Below, piece by piece: positions 30,240 through 38,433 of a stretch of 64,000 nt of DNA (the stretch's first letter is position 1; each line of letters starts with the position of its first letter). Under the pieces are notes generated by a model that did no database searches, was not told the DNA's origin, and worked only from the letters and a program-made list of their open reading frames with translations. This DNA comes from Bacteroidia bacterium (GTDB taxonomy: Bacteria > Bacteroidota > Bacteroidia > SpSt-205). A program made the position numbers and the translations under genes. The DNA lies in the NCBI GenBank assembly GCA_025062295.1, contig JANXAJ010000004.1, positions 5,008 to 69,007 on the forward strand, in the 5' to 3' direction.

Positions 30240-30605
30240 ATGAGTGGAACTAGCTCAAAAGCACTCCCTCAGGCATTTTTTAGGTGGTTGGCAAGTGTTC
30301 GTCGTTTTCCTATGCTCAATGTGTGGCGGGGGGGAGTCCTGTGTTCTATAAAGGTGGTTCATGTATTGGACTTATCGGAGGGAGAGAGAAATATATTTGC
30401 TCATTGGGCACGACTGACCCAGATCTTTCCCAAGAGCTTTCTCCCTCTTGGATATGACGCCTTTGGGAATCTTCTCTTGTGGGACCTTTCTGAAGGTAGC
30501 GTCTATCTTCATTGGCGAGGAATGCCCCCAAGTCAATGTCTGAAGATTGCTCCTTCTTTAGAGGACCTCTGCGACAAGCTTTACTACAGACCTATACAAG
30601 GATGA
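30240..30605 (+). CDS. Small protein, SMI1/KNR4 (SUKH)-like (tentative)
   Basis: 121 aa. LPLGYDAFGNLLLWDLSEGSVYLHWRG...LEDLCDKL resembles the SUKH-1 core. The stop overlaps the pabB ATG (ATGA). Confidence 0.35.
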   Translation: MSGTSSKALPQAFFRWLASVRRFPMLNVWRGGVLCSIKVVHVLDLSEGERNIFAHWARLTQIFPKSFLPLGYDAFGNLLLWDLSEGSVYLHWRGMPPSQCLKIAPSLEDLCDKLYYRPIQG

Positions 30606-31768
30606 AAATTTCCGACATCCTACGCTGGGCAGACCGGTATCCCTACTTCTACTTTCAGCTTCAGAATAGTCCGTACGATGAGCTCAGTCATTACAGATGG
30701 ATAGTAGGCGTAGCTCGGAAACCGCATAAAGACCGCCTGAGGGAGGATAGCTGGTATATGGGCGGTTGGACCTACGAGTGGAAAGCTCCCTACAAAAAGC
30801 CCTGGGTTGAATTTCCAAGGCAAATGTTTTTCGTGCCACAGATTGTTTTTGCCTTGACTGAAGCACCAGAATGGGAAAAAGAAACCCCCTCACTTGAGCC
30901 TGTGCAGTACGCACGCTTTCTTCAGATCTCCATAGATAAATTCCATTTTCTTCAGGCAGTGGAACAGATTCGCAATCACATCTACCAGGGGGAAGTTTAT
31001 CAGGTCAATCTTACCCTCGCTCTCTTGTGGGAGGCGGTGATAGATCCGATTGCAGCTTACCTTTGCCTCCTTCAGACCTACCCCACGACCTATAACTATA
31101 TCTTCAAATATCAGCAGAAGTATGCGATTGGAGCTTCACCCGAGCGGTTTTTCTGGCAGTGGCGGCATTTGATTGCCCAGCAGCCTATTAAGGGCACCGC
31201 CCCTCGCGGGAAAACCTGGATAGAAGACAATGAACGAGTAGAACAACTTCGCAGCAACCCAAAGGAATTGGCAGAAAATACAATGATTGTTGATCTAGTC
31301 CGAAATGATATTCAGCGTGTGTGTTTGCCTGGTTCAGTTCATGTGCCTGTCTTAGCAGGAGTGCAAACTTTCCCTGGAATTCATCATCTTGTCTCCACAG
31401 TATATGGAGAGAAGCGACAAGAGGTCTCTTGGACAGAAGCGGCAGAAAGTCTTTTTCCCGCAGGCTCCATGACAGGTGCCCCCAAGCGCGCAGCTATGAG
31501 TTATATCCATCAATACGAACCAATAGGACGAGGGTTGTACTCAGGTGCATTAGGGTATATCTCCCCGAGTGGTGAAGCAGATTTCACTGTGGTAATTCGG
31601 AGCTGGATTTACGATAAGCTCTCTCGTCGGCTCCTACTGCAAGTAGGAAGTGGTATCACCTACGATTCCGATCCCCTCGCAGAATGGGAAGAAGCCTTGA
31701 CAAAGGCAGAGCCCCTCCTCAAAGCTTTCAATCTTTCCGTAGAGCGCATCAAAGTAAATCCCGAATAG
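30602..31768 (+). CDS. pabB: Aminodeoxychorismate synthase component I (chorismate-binding enzyme)
   Basis: Chorismate-binding C-terminal motifs: SPERFF, PIKGTAPRG, ENTMIVDLVRND, GSMTGAPKRAAM, RGLYSGALGY, GSGITYDSDP. Start at ATG 30602. Confidence 0.75.
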   Translation: MKISDILRWADRYPYFYFQLQNSPYDELSHYRWIVGVARKPHKDRLREDSWYMGGWTYEWKAPYKKPWVEFPRQMFFVPQIVFALTEAPEWEKETPSLEPVQYARFLQISIDKFHFLQAVEQIRNHIYQGEVYQVNLTLALLWEAVIDPIAAYLCLLQTYPTTYNYIFKYQQKYAIGASPERFFWQWRHLIAQQPIKGTAPRGKTWIEDNERVEQLRSNPKELAENTMIVDLVRNDIQRVCLPGSVHVPVLAGVQTFPGIHHLVSTVYGEKRQEVSWTEAAESLFPAGSMTGAPKRAAMSYIHQYEPIGRGLYSGALGYISPSGEADFTVVIRSWIYDKLSRRLLLQVGSGITYDSDPLAEWEEALTKAEPLLKAFNLSVERIKVNPE

Positions 31769-31808
31769 AAGGGCTTGGAAAATTTCCAAACTAAGAACCA
31801 GTAGGACC

Positions 31809-32945
31809 CTAAAACCACCACAATTTGTAGCTCCACCTTTGACTTTGCCTGTACCCCTCTATAAAGTAAAGCCCTGAAGGGAGGTCTATCATTTCTACTA
31901 TGGAGCCAGAGCGAATAATTAGGAGCCTCCCCATCGCATCATACACTCGAATTTCATCCACATTCTCAATCCGGATCTCATGACCATGCCGGTGGAGGGA
32001 TGGACGGAAAGGAACATTCAAAAGCGTAGAAACTACCGCGCACTCTGGCAACAAGGGCTCGTACCACCCTCGAGCCTGCCGATTCGTCTCGCTGATGAGA
32101 ACTGACCCGTAAGATTGAAGAAAATGACGCATCCGCTCAATCTGCTGGGGGGTGAAGTGCGTCATGCAATCATCATCGGTATAGCCCATAAAGTTATGAA
32201 TCGGATCAGGAAGGTCCATTGGCTCTTCCCAACAGGTATTCGGAGGTGGGGAAGGACATCCGAAATGAGACTGATGCTGAGGAGGCGTATCGCAGATTTC
32301 ATCTCCTTCTATCGCACATGTCTCTGGAGAACCGCCTCGACAGCCGCCCTCAAAAGGATGAAGAAGGCTAAATACGTGTCCCATCTCGTGGACAGCGGTG
32401 CGACCGCGATTGAAGGGGGGACGCACCTCTTCCCCTTCACCCACAATCTCTGCCTTGAGCACCACACCTGCTAAACCTGTAGAGTCACCTAAAGCCCGAG
32501 CATATCCAATCACCTGCATCGGCATGTTGTACACTATCCACACGTTGAGGAAGCTGTCAGGATCCCAGCGAACAAAGCGCTTCAAGGTATCCTCTTGGAG
32601 GGTCCAGTCATGATCCCCCAGCGGAGAGAAATGCCATGTAACTCCACAGGTCGGCAAGCCTCCTGGCCCCCGCTTCGGTAGATAAAATTGAATGCCAGCT
32701 TGAGCAAAATCCCGATTGAGAGCTCGCAGCTGACTTCGAATTCTCTCAGGAGGAAAAGAGATATCCTCCGAAGGAAGGACAACATGGATCGCTAAAGGGA
32801 TCCATAGCGTATCTTCTGATTGGATTCGGGTGAGCAGGGATGGCATAGGAGAAGGCAGATGAAGAAAAGCCTTATCCACTGGGCAGACTCGCTGAGCCCA
32901 CAATAGCAAGAAAAACATACTTACTAACTGCCCCCGATGATCCAT
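31809..32945 (-). CDS. M43 (pappalysin/ulilysin-type) zinc metalloprotease with T9SS CTD
   Basis: HEMGHVFSLLH is the metzincin motif HEXXHXXGXXH. The region downstream is Cys-rich. The C-terminal ~65 aa (IRVYDAMGRLL..LPSGLYFIEGY..KLWWF) fits a T9SS CTD. The first ATG is 32945 (MDHRGQLVSMFFLLLWAQ). Confidence 0.75.
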   Translation of the reverse strand: MDHRGQLVSMFFLLLWAQRVCPVDKAFLHLPSPMPSLLTRIQSEDTLWIPLAIHVVLPSEDISFPPERIRSQLRALNRDFAQAGIQFYLPKRGPGGLPTCGVTWHFSPLGDHDWTLQEDTLKRFVRWDPDSFLNVWIVYNMPMQVIGYARALGDSTGLAGVVLKAEIVGEGEEVRPPFNRGRTAVHEMGHVFSLLHPFEGGCRGGSPETCAIEGDEICDTPPQHQSHFGCPSPPPNTCWEEPMDLPDPIHNFMGYTDDDCMTHFTPQQIERMRHFLQSYGSVLISETNRQARGWYEPLLPECAVVSTLLNVPFRPSLHRHGHEIRIENVDEIRVYDAMGRLLIIRSGSIVEMIDLPSGLYFIEGYRQSQRWSYKLWWF

Positions 32946-32989
32946 GTTAGTCTGCCGAAAATACAGATATTCTTTGGACAAAAAACTTT

Positions 32990-32997
32990 TACATTTG
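32990..32997 (+). promoter_or_regulatory. -7 promoter box TACATTTG (tRNA-CAT / osmC-family transcript)
   Basis: Perfect TAnnTTTG, 9 nt before tRNA position 1 (33007). Confidence 0.6.
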
Positions 32998-33006
32998 CAG
33001 GGCTGA

Positions 33007-33079
33007 GGGCCTGTAGCTCAGCGGTGAGAGCAGCGGACTCATAATCCGTTGGTCGGGGGTTCGAATCCCTCCGGGCCCA
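33007..33079 (+). tRNA. tRNA, anticodon CAT (elongator-type; probably tRNA-Ile2/lysidine, alternatively tRNA-Met)
   Basis: Manual cloverleaf: acceptor GGGCCTG/CGGGCCC, D-arm GCTC-AGCGGTGA-GAGC, anticodon arm GCGGA-CTCATAA-TCCGT, variable TGGTC, T-arm GGGGG-TTCGAAT-CCCTC, discriminator A, no encoded CCA. It is not an initiator, because 1-72 is paired and the anticodon stem lacks 3 G-C pairs. C4-G69/C5-G68 and the GAGCAG..GACTCATAATC..TTGGTCG context resemble E. coli ileX as I recall it. Confidence 0.9.
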
Positions 33080-33080
33080 C

Positions 33081-33500
33081 TTGAAACTAACCCTCCGTTG
33101 GGCGGAAGAAGGCCTCCACCTTATAGCCCTGACACAGAAGGGGCATACGCTGGAATACGATACCCTTCCAGAGGTAGGAGGCACAGATAAAGCCGCCCGT
33201 CCCATGGAAGGGCTCCTTGCTGCCATGCTCGCTTGCTTCTCCGCAGATGTGATTGCTATCCTTCGGAAAAAACGAAAAACCCTTCGCCACTTCTCTATCC
33301 AAGCAGAGGCAGAAAGACAGGAAGAACATCCCAGAATCTTTACTCGGGTTCATATAGTAGTTACAGTGGAGAGCCCTGATGCTACTGCAGCAGATGTAGA
33401 GAGGTCTATTGAGCTTTCACGCGACAAATACTGCGGTGCTATGGCGATGTTTCGGGCAGCAGGATGTCAGATCAGCATTGACTACACTCTCAAGCCGTAA
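33081..33500 (+). CDS. OsmC/Ohr-family peroxiredoxin-like protein
   Basis: 139 aa. MKLTLRW..GHTLEYD..PEVGGTDKAARPMEGLLAAMLACFSADVIAILRKKR and the C-terminal SRDKYCGAM are the two conserved Cys regions of OsmC. Family alignment needs the full N-terminus, so the TTG at 33081 is the start. Confidence 0.75.
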   Translation: MKLTLRWAEEGLHLIALTQKGHTLEYDTLPEVGGTDKAARPMEGLLAAMLACFSADVIAILRKKRKTLRHFSIQAEAERQEEHPRIFTRVHIVVTVESPDATAADVERSIELSRDKYCGAMAMFRAAGCQISIDYTLKP

Positions 33501-34353
33501 GTACATTAAACCATCCTTTCCATGCCATCATTCCTATCATCATAAGCCCTCCTCCTATGACGACTCCCCAGAGAAAAGGACTAATGCCATAGCTCTCCCG
33601 CATTGGCTGAAGCTTGAAAAGGGGGAGAAGATCAAAGGTTCGCTCTTGATACACTCCTCCTGTCCCTTGACTCAAAAGGCGAAGGGCGAGAGGGAAACTT
33701 TGAATGCCGTTGCTGCCCACAAAGATAGTATGGATCACAATACCTCGGTGTTTCGCTTCTGACGCCAAGGCTTGAAGTGCAACTGTACCAGGGATATTGT
33801 GAGCTCCATCACTGACTATGAGATAAGCCTCAACCTCTTCTTCGGAGGCCAGCGCCGTCTCTATCGCAGCAGCAAGGTGAGTACCCTCCCCTAAATCTAA
33901 GCGAGCGACCTGCCTCAGAGCGAAAATGAAAGCCTCTTTGTCGGTCGTAGGTGGAAGTACAATATATGCATCTGCTGCAAAGGCGATAAGACCTAGACGT
34001 AAGGACGGTAGAGAAAGCACAGCATTTGCCATGGCTTCCGTAGCGAAGCTCTGACGATCAGGTGGTACATCTGTCTCTCGCATACTGCGCGACACGTCCC
34101 AAAGAACCCAAACCCCAGGAGAAACAGATGTCTCACGAAGGAGGTGCGGCGAACTTAAAGCAATGCTGCCTATGCTTCCCAAAAACACTATCATCCAAGT
34201 GCTCCAATAACCCCCCACTCGCTTCCATATTGGCACTTGCCGAGGAAAAGAGCTCACCTTCAATCGAAGGCGGCTTGCCATCCACCCCAGACCTAACCAG
34301 AAGGGCACAAGCCAGAGATATTCTGGCGCATCAAACCGAAGGCTCATTCCCAT
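33490..34353 (-). CDS. VWA-domain membrane protein (BatA-like)
   Basis: N-terminal TM helices, a MIDAS-like motif VLWDVSRSM, a VWA fold and a C-terminal TM helix. The first ATG is 34353. Confidence 0.7.
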   Translation of the reverse strand: MGMSLRFDAPEYLWLVPFWLGLGWMASRLRLKVSSFPRQVPIWKRVGGYWSTWMIVFLGSIGSIALSSPHLLRETSVSPGVWVLWDVSRSMRETDVPPDRQSFATEAMANAVLSLPSLRLGLIAFAADAYIVLPPTTDKEAFIFALRQVARLDLGEGTHLAAAIETALASEEEVEAYLIVSDGAHNIPGTVALQALASEAKHRGIVIHTIFVGSNGIQSFPLALRLLSQGTGGVYQERTFDLLPLFKLQPMRESYGISPFLWGVVIGGGLMMIGMMAWKGWFNVLTA

Positions 34354-34477
34354 CGCCAATAAAAAGATGCCCCCGAAGCCCTACTTCAATCAAAAGTCCT
34401 TCCTCCTCTCAGGAGAAAGCACCCCACCTGAGTGAAAGAAGGGCTCATGCTCAAGAAACGAGCATCCATCATCCCTC

Positions 34478-35845
34478 TCAAGTAGCCTTAGATGCCAATC
34501 GCTCAGAGTAAGTACAGACAGAAGGACGCCCAATGGAGAAATAATCCACTGTCAGACTTCTCATCTGATCCAGCTCATAGAGGTTTCGTCCGTCAAATAT
34601 GACGGGAAGGCACATCTTCTTCAAGAGACGCATCCATTCTGGTTGGCGAAACTCTGCCCATTCCGTCAAAATAAGCAAAGCATGCGCCTCTGCAGCTGCA
34701 TCATATGGGTCTCGTGCATAGTAAAGAGGCCAGTCAGGATGGGCTCTTTGAAGTGAAGGAAGCGCTATGGGATCAAAAGCTCGGATAGAAGCACCATGAA
34801 TCAGCAGCCACTGGATGATGTAGAGAGCAGGGGCCTCCCGGATATCGTCTGTATCTGGCTTGAAAGCAACGCCCCATATAGCGAAGGTTTTCCCTTGAAG
34901 CTGCCCCTCAAAGTAGGTCCAAATTTTTTCCCAGAAAAATCGCCGCTGTTCTTCATTGATAGCGATAGTGGCTTCCACAAGACTAAGAGTCAGTCCATGC
35001 TGACGTGCTGTGGCAAGAAGGGCTCGGGTATCCTTTGGAAAGCAAGAACCCCCATATCCTATCCCTGCGAAAAGGTACCTTCGTCCAATCCGAGTATCGG
35101 CTCCCATCCCCAACCGAACCTTGTCTATGTCTGCACCTACATGCTCACACAAGCGAGCAATCTCATTCATAAAACTAATCCTCATGGCAAGAAAAGCATT
35201 TGCTGCATATTTCGTCAGTTCAGCACTCTCCCAGTCCATGATATAAATCGGATTGCCTTGACGGGTGTAAGGTAAGTACAATCGGCGCAAGATGTCGCCC
35301 ACAGAAGGGTCCGGTGTGCCGATAATGACGCGGTCAGGCTTGAGAAAATCTTCTACAGCGTATCCCTCACGCAGGAACTCAGGATTGGAGGCTACCTTGA
35401 GACGCCCCGGCAGCCGGTCCTCAAAGTAACTTTGAAGCCGACGAGCAGTACCCACAGGAACTGTACTTTTAGTAACTACAATCTTAGGCACTGGTAATCC
35501 GTCAGAGATTCTCGCTAGAATCTGAACTATGGCTTCTGCGGCAGAAAAGATAAAGGAGAGGTCAGCTTCACCTTCCGCTTGAGCAGGGGTCGGCAGGGCA
35601 AGGAAAATAAGCTCAGCGGGCAAAATAGCCTCCTCTAAATCCTCTGCAAATCTTAGGCGGCCTTCTCGCAGCCCCCGCTCTAAGAGCCGATCCAAGCCAG
35701 GTTCGTAGATCGGTGGCTCACCTCGTTGGAGCTTTTTTAGTTTTTCAACATCTATATCGTAGCCAATTACAAGATTTCCGCTCTCTGCCAGCCCTGCCGC
35801 CGTAACTAAGCCGACATACCCTACGCCAATAACTGCAATCTGCAT
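34478..35845 (-). CDS. ugd: UDP-glucose 6-dehydrogenase
   Basis: MQIAVIGVGYVGLVTAAGLA Rossmann motif. Catalytic region GYGGSCFPKD. UDPG_MGDP_dh C-terminal domain. Confidence 0.9.
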   Translation of the reverse strand: MQIAVIGVGYVGLVTAAGLAESGNLVIGYDIDVEKLKKLQRGEPPIYEPGLDRLLERGLREGRLRFAEDLEEAILPAELIFLALPTPAQAEGEADLSFIFSAAEAIVQILARISDGLPVPKIVVTKSTVPVGTARRLQSYFEDRLPGRLKVASNPEFLREGYAVEDFLKPDRVIIGTPDPSVGDILRRLYLPYTRQGNPIYIMDWESAELTKYAANAFLAMRISFMNEIARLCEHVGADIDKVRLGMGADTRIGRRYLFAGIGYGGSCFPKDTRALLATARQHGLTLSLVEATIAINEEQRRFFWEKIWTYFEGQLQGKTFAIWGVAFKPDTDDIREAPALYIIQWLLIHGASIRAFDPIALPSLQRAHPDWPLYYARDPYDAAAEAHALLILTEWAEFRQPEWMRLLKKMCLPVIFDGRNLYELDQMRSLTVDYFSIGRPSVCTYSERLASKAT

Positions 35846-35849
35846 ACCT

Positions 35850-35867
35850 TACCTTTGCGCAAAGGTA
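35850..35867. promoter_or_regulatory. Perfect 18-nt palindrome TACCTTTGCGCAAAGGTA: two face-to-face -7 boxes (ugd and divergent gene)
   Basis: The plus-strand box 35850-35857 lies 18 nt before ATG 35876. The minus-strand box 35860-35867 lies 14 nt before the ugd ATG at 35845. The two boxes are separated by CG. Confidence 0.55.
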
Positions 35868-35875
35868 GGCATTCT

Positions 35876-36628
35876 ATGCGCTGGCTGGGAGCTTTACCCC
35901 TCCTACTATGGACACAGCAGAGCATACGAGACTCTGCTATTCATTTCTTTTTAGCTTCCGTGGTGTATAGTGGATATATTCCTCAATACGATTTAGCTCA
36001 GCGCTTTGGCTACAGCAGTGTGATAGGAGGAGAAATGGCATACAAGCTCAGAGGAGGGGGATACATTGCTCTCCAAGGTGGAGGACTCATTGGAGACAAA
36101 ATAGTAGAAGAGGGGTTTTTAGAAGGATTGTACCTACCCAGCTTTCAGAAAGCAGGGATTTTAGCATTTGTAGATGAAAATGGTAAAGTTTTTACGCCGA
36201 ACTTTCGGCAGCGGGGATGGCTTGCCTCCCTTCGCATCGGAAAAATTCTCTCCAGCCTCCGACTGCCAAGGCACAATCCAAACTGTGGTATTTACATAGA
36301 GCTCGGGGCAGGGTATCTTTCGCACCGAATTCTGATTGATAAAGCCCGAAGCGAACGGCTCCCTCTCTTAGAGGGAGAATATCTCAAGGGACTAGACCGT
36401 CTGACGGGAGGAGGGGGCTTCATTCAGAGCATTGGCTACCGCTTCTTCAGTAATAACGGCCTTATCAACTTTCTTATTGGCGCTGAAGCGGGACAGTACT
36501 TCACTCGGAGTTTGCGCGGCTACCTGTATGATAAAGCCCTACCTGACCGCAACCGACGCCGAGACTTTTGGATAGGCTTTCGGGTCGGCTGGAGCCTACT
36601 CATATACGAAAAAGCTCAATTAGAATGA
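35876..36628 (+). CDS. Hypothetical secreted / outer-membrane beta-barrel-like protein
   Basis: Signal peptide MRWLGALPLLLWTQQ. Alternating hydrophobic beta-strand pattern with Gly-rich turns. The stop overlaps the waaA ATG (ATGA). ATG 35876 is preferred because the TTG at 35855 lies inside the -7 box. Confidence 0.5.
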   Translation: MRWLGALPLLLWTQQSIRDSAIHFFLASVVYSGYIPQYDLAQRFGYSSVIGGEMAYKLRGGGYIALQGGGLIGDKIVEEGFLEGLYLPSFQKAGILAFVDENGKVFTPNFRQRGWLASLRIGKILSSLRLPRHNPNCGIYIELGAGYLSHRILIDKARSERLPLLEGEYLKGLDRLTGGGGFIQSIGYRFFSNNGLINFLIGAEAGQYFTRSLRGYLYDKALPDRNRRRDFWIGFRVGWSLLIYEKAQLE

Positions 36629-37893
36629 AGGCCTGGAGGTCTCTCTACACGGTGCTCGTAATCATAGGAGTAGCTCTGATTCCCGTAGTGGCGCTCTTCA
36701 GCGAAAAGGTTCGGCGATGGTGGCAGGGGCAGCGCACAATTACAATACCCCCTTCTCCTGGTCGTCCCCTCCTTTGGCTTCACTGTGCTTCGGTAGGAGA
36801 GTTCGAACAAGGACGACCCGTACTAGAATACATCCTTCAAAAGCTTCCCTATCGTCCATATGTAGTAATTACTTTTTTTTCCGTTTCTGGCTGGGAGCGC
36901 TATCGCCAGAGCTACCCTATCGGCGACTGTATCAGTCCTTTACCCATAGACCTTCCTTGGGTGATGCGCCGCTGGATACGAGCACTCCAGCCGAAAGCTG
37001 TCTTCTTCGTGAAGTATGACCTTTGGCCAAATTTACTTCATGAGCTGCAAGCTGCCAACTGTCCCGCCTACCTGTTGGCAGCCCATGTTGAGCCGCTTCG
37101 GGGACTGCGATGGTGGTGGAAAAAGCAGCTTTTCCCCTACCTAAGATGGATATTCGTTCAGACTCAGGGTGATTTGGTCAAGCTCAGCTTAGCTGGTTTT
37201 AGGTCTGCCACTGTAGCAGGGGACAGCCGACTGGCACGAGTACGGCAAGTAGCCGAAAATTGGCTTCCCGTCTCAGGCATTCAAGAGTGGATTCAAAACC
37301 ACTTCTGCATCATTGCAGGCAGTGTCTGGGAGGAAGATGTCCGATTCCTTGCCCGCAGTTATGAATTCCTCCGAGGTCAGAACCTGCGATGGATCCTCGT
37401 GCCTCACGAAGTCTCCCCAAAATCCATAGAGATGATCCACAAATTATGGCCAGTTCGCTGCATTCAATACTCTCATCCTCACTGGGAAGAGAAACGAGAT
37501 ACTCTCATTTTAGATAAGGTAGGGCTACTCGCCTATCTATACGCCTACGCTGATGCCGTATGGATTGGAGGAGGTTTCAGGAAAGGCATTCACAATATTT
37601 TAGAAGCCATCATATACAAAAAAGCCGTTTTCTTCGGACCAAAACACGCAGATTTTTCAGAAGCCAATGAGCTTATTCAGCTCAAAGTAGCCGAAAGCTG
37701 CAAGCATCCCGTAAGTTTCTCAAATGCCATTAAGAGCCTTATAAAGGATAGAAGAAGACTTCAGGTTATTGCAAAGAAGATAGACGAGTACTTATCATCT
37801 AAGCCAAATACACCAGAGATCGTATGGGATAAGCTGAAGTCAGATGAATGGACATCACCAAGTGCGGATAAGTCCCCGCAGGAAAATGTCTGA
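36625..37893 (+). CDS. waaA: 3-deoxy-D-manno-octulosonic acid (Kdo) transferase
   Basis: N-terminal membrane anchor, LWLHCASVGEFEQGRPVLEYI (the hallmark HxxSxGE motif) and a GT30 C-terminal domain. Confidence 0.85.
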   Translation: MKAWRSLYTVLVIIGVALIPVVALFSEKVRRWWQGQRTITIPPSPGRPLLWLHCASVGEFEQGRPVLEYILQKLPYRPYVVITFFSVSGWERYRQSYPIGDCISPLPIDLPWVMRRWIRALQPKAVFFVKYDLWPNLLHELQAANCPAYLLAAHVEPLRGLRWWWKKQLFPYLRWIFVQTQGDLVKLSLAGFRSATVAGDSRLARVRQVAENWLPVSGIQEWIQNHFCIIAGSVWEEDVRFLARSYEFLRGQNLRWILVPHEVSPKSIEMIHKLWPVRCIQYSHPHWEEKRDTLILDKVGLLAYLYAYADAVWIGGGFRKGIHNILEAIIYKKAVFFGPKHADFSEANELIQLKVAESCKHPVSFSNAIKSLIKDRRRLQVIAKKIDEYLSSKPNTPEIVWDKLKSDEWTSPSADKSPQENV

Positions 37894-38427
37894 GAGAGAG
37901 TAGGCAATCTGAGCAGGGGTAAGGTGCCCTTCTGGCTGGTACCAGGTAGCGGTAGCATTTAGGGCAGCAAGCAGGGAAACCGCCATGAAACGAGGCTCTA
38001 TCTCTCGAAAGAGGTTTTTTTGGATTCCCTCTTGAAGGATAGACTCCAACTTTGCCTCGTAGAGACGCTGCCGACTCAAGAAAGCCTGTCGCTCAGGCTC
38101 TGATAAGAACTGAGGGGCTTCCCGCAGAAAGATAGCCGCCTGAAGGGGATTCTCTAACAAAGTTGTGAGATGTGCAAGACAAAAGCGTTCTAATTTGTAA
38201 GTAACCTCCCAGTCGCTTTCAGCAATTCCCTCAACAGCTTTTTCAAATCGGTCAGCAATTCGGGCTGCAAGCGTTTCTAAAAGGGCCTCCTTCGTGGGAA
38301 AATAATGATAGAGGGTCGGTGATCTTAGACCCACTTTAGAGGCTAATTGGCGAAGGGAGACGCGTTCATAGCCTCGCTCCGCAAAAAGCCGAAGAGCCTC
38401 CTCTAAAATGCGCTCACGCTGCTGCAC
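37855..38427 (-). CDS. TetR/AcrR-family transcriptional regulator
   Basis: N-terminal HTH RILEEALRLFAERGYERVSLRQLASKVGLRSPTLYHYFPTKEAL. GTG start 6 nt after the upstream stop. Confidence 0.85.
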   Translation of the reverse strand: MQQRERILEEALRLFAERGYERVSLRQLASKVGLRSPTLYHYFPTKEALLETLAARIADRFEKAVEGIAESDWEVTYKLERFCLAHLTTLLENPLQAAIFLREAPQFLSEPERQAFLSRQRLYEAKLESILQEGIQKNLFREIEPRFMAVSLLAALNATATWYQPEGHLTPAQIAYSLSDIFLRGLIRTW

Positions 38428-38433
38428 AGCTCC

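Noticed and set aside
32946-33500. Integrated mobile element at the tRNA gene
   Set aside because: There is no integrase, no direct repeat of the tRNA 3' end and no compositional shift. The flanking genes are an ordinary protease and an OsmC-family gene.
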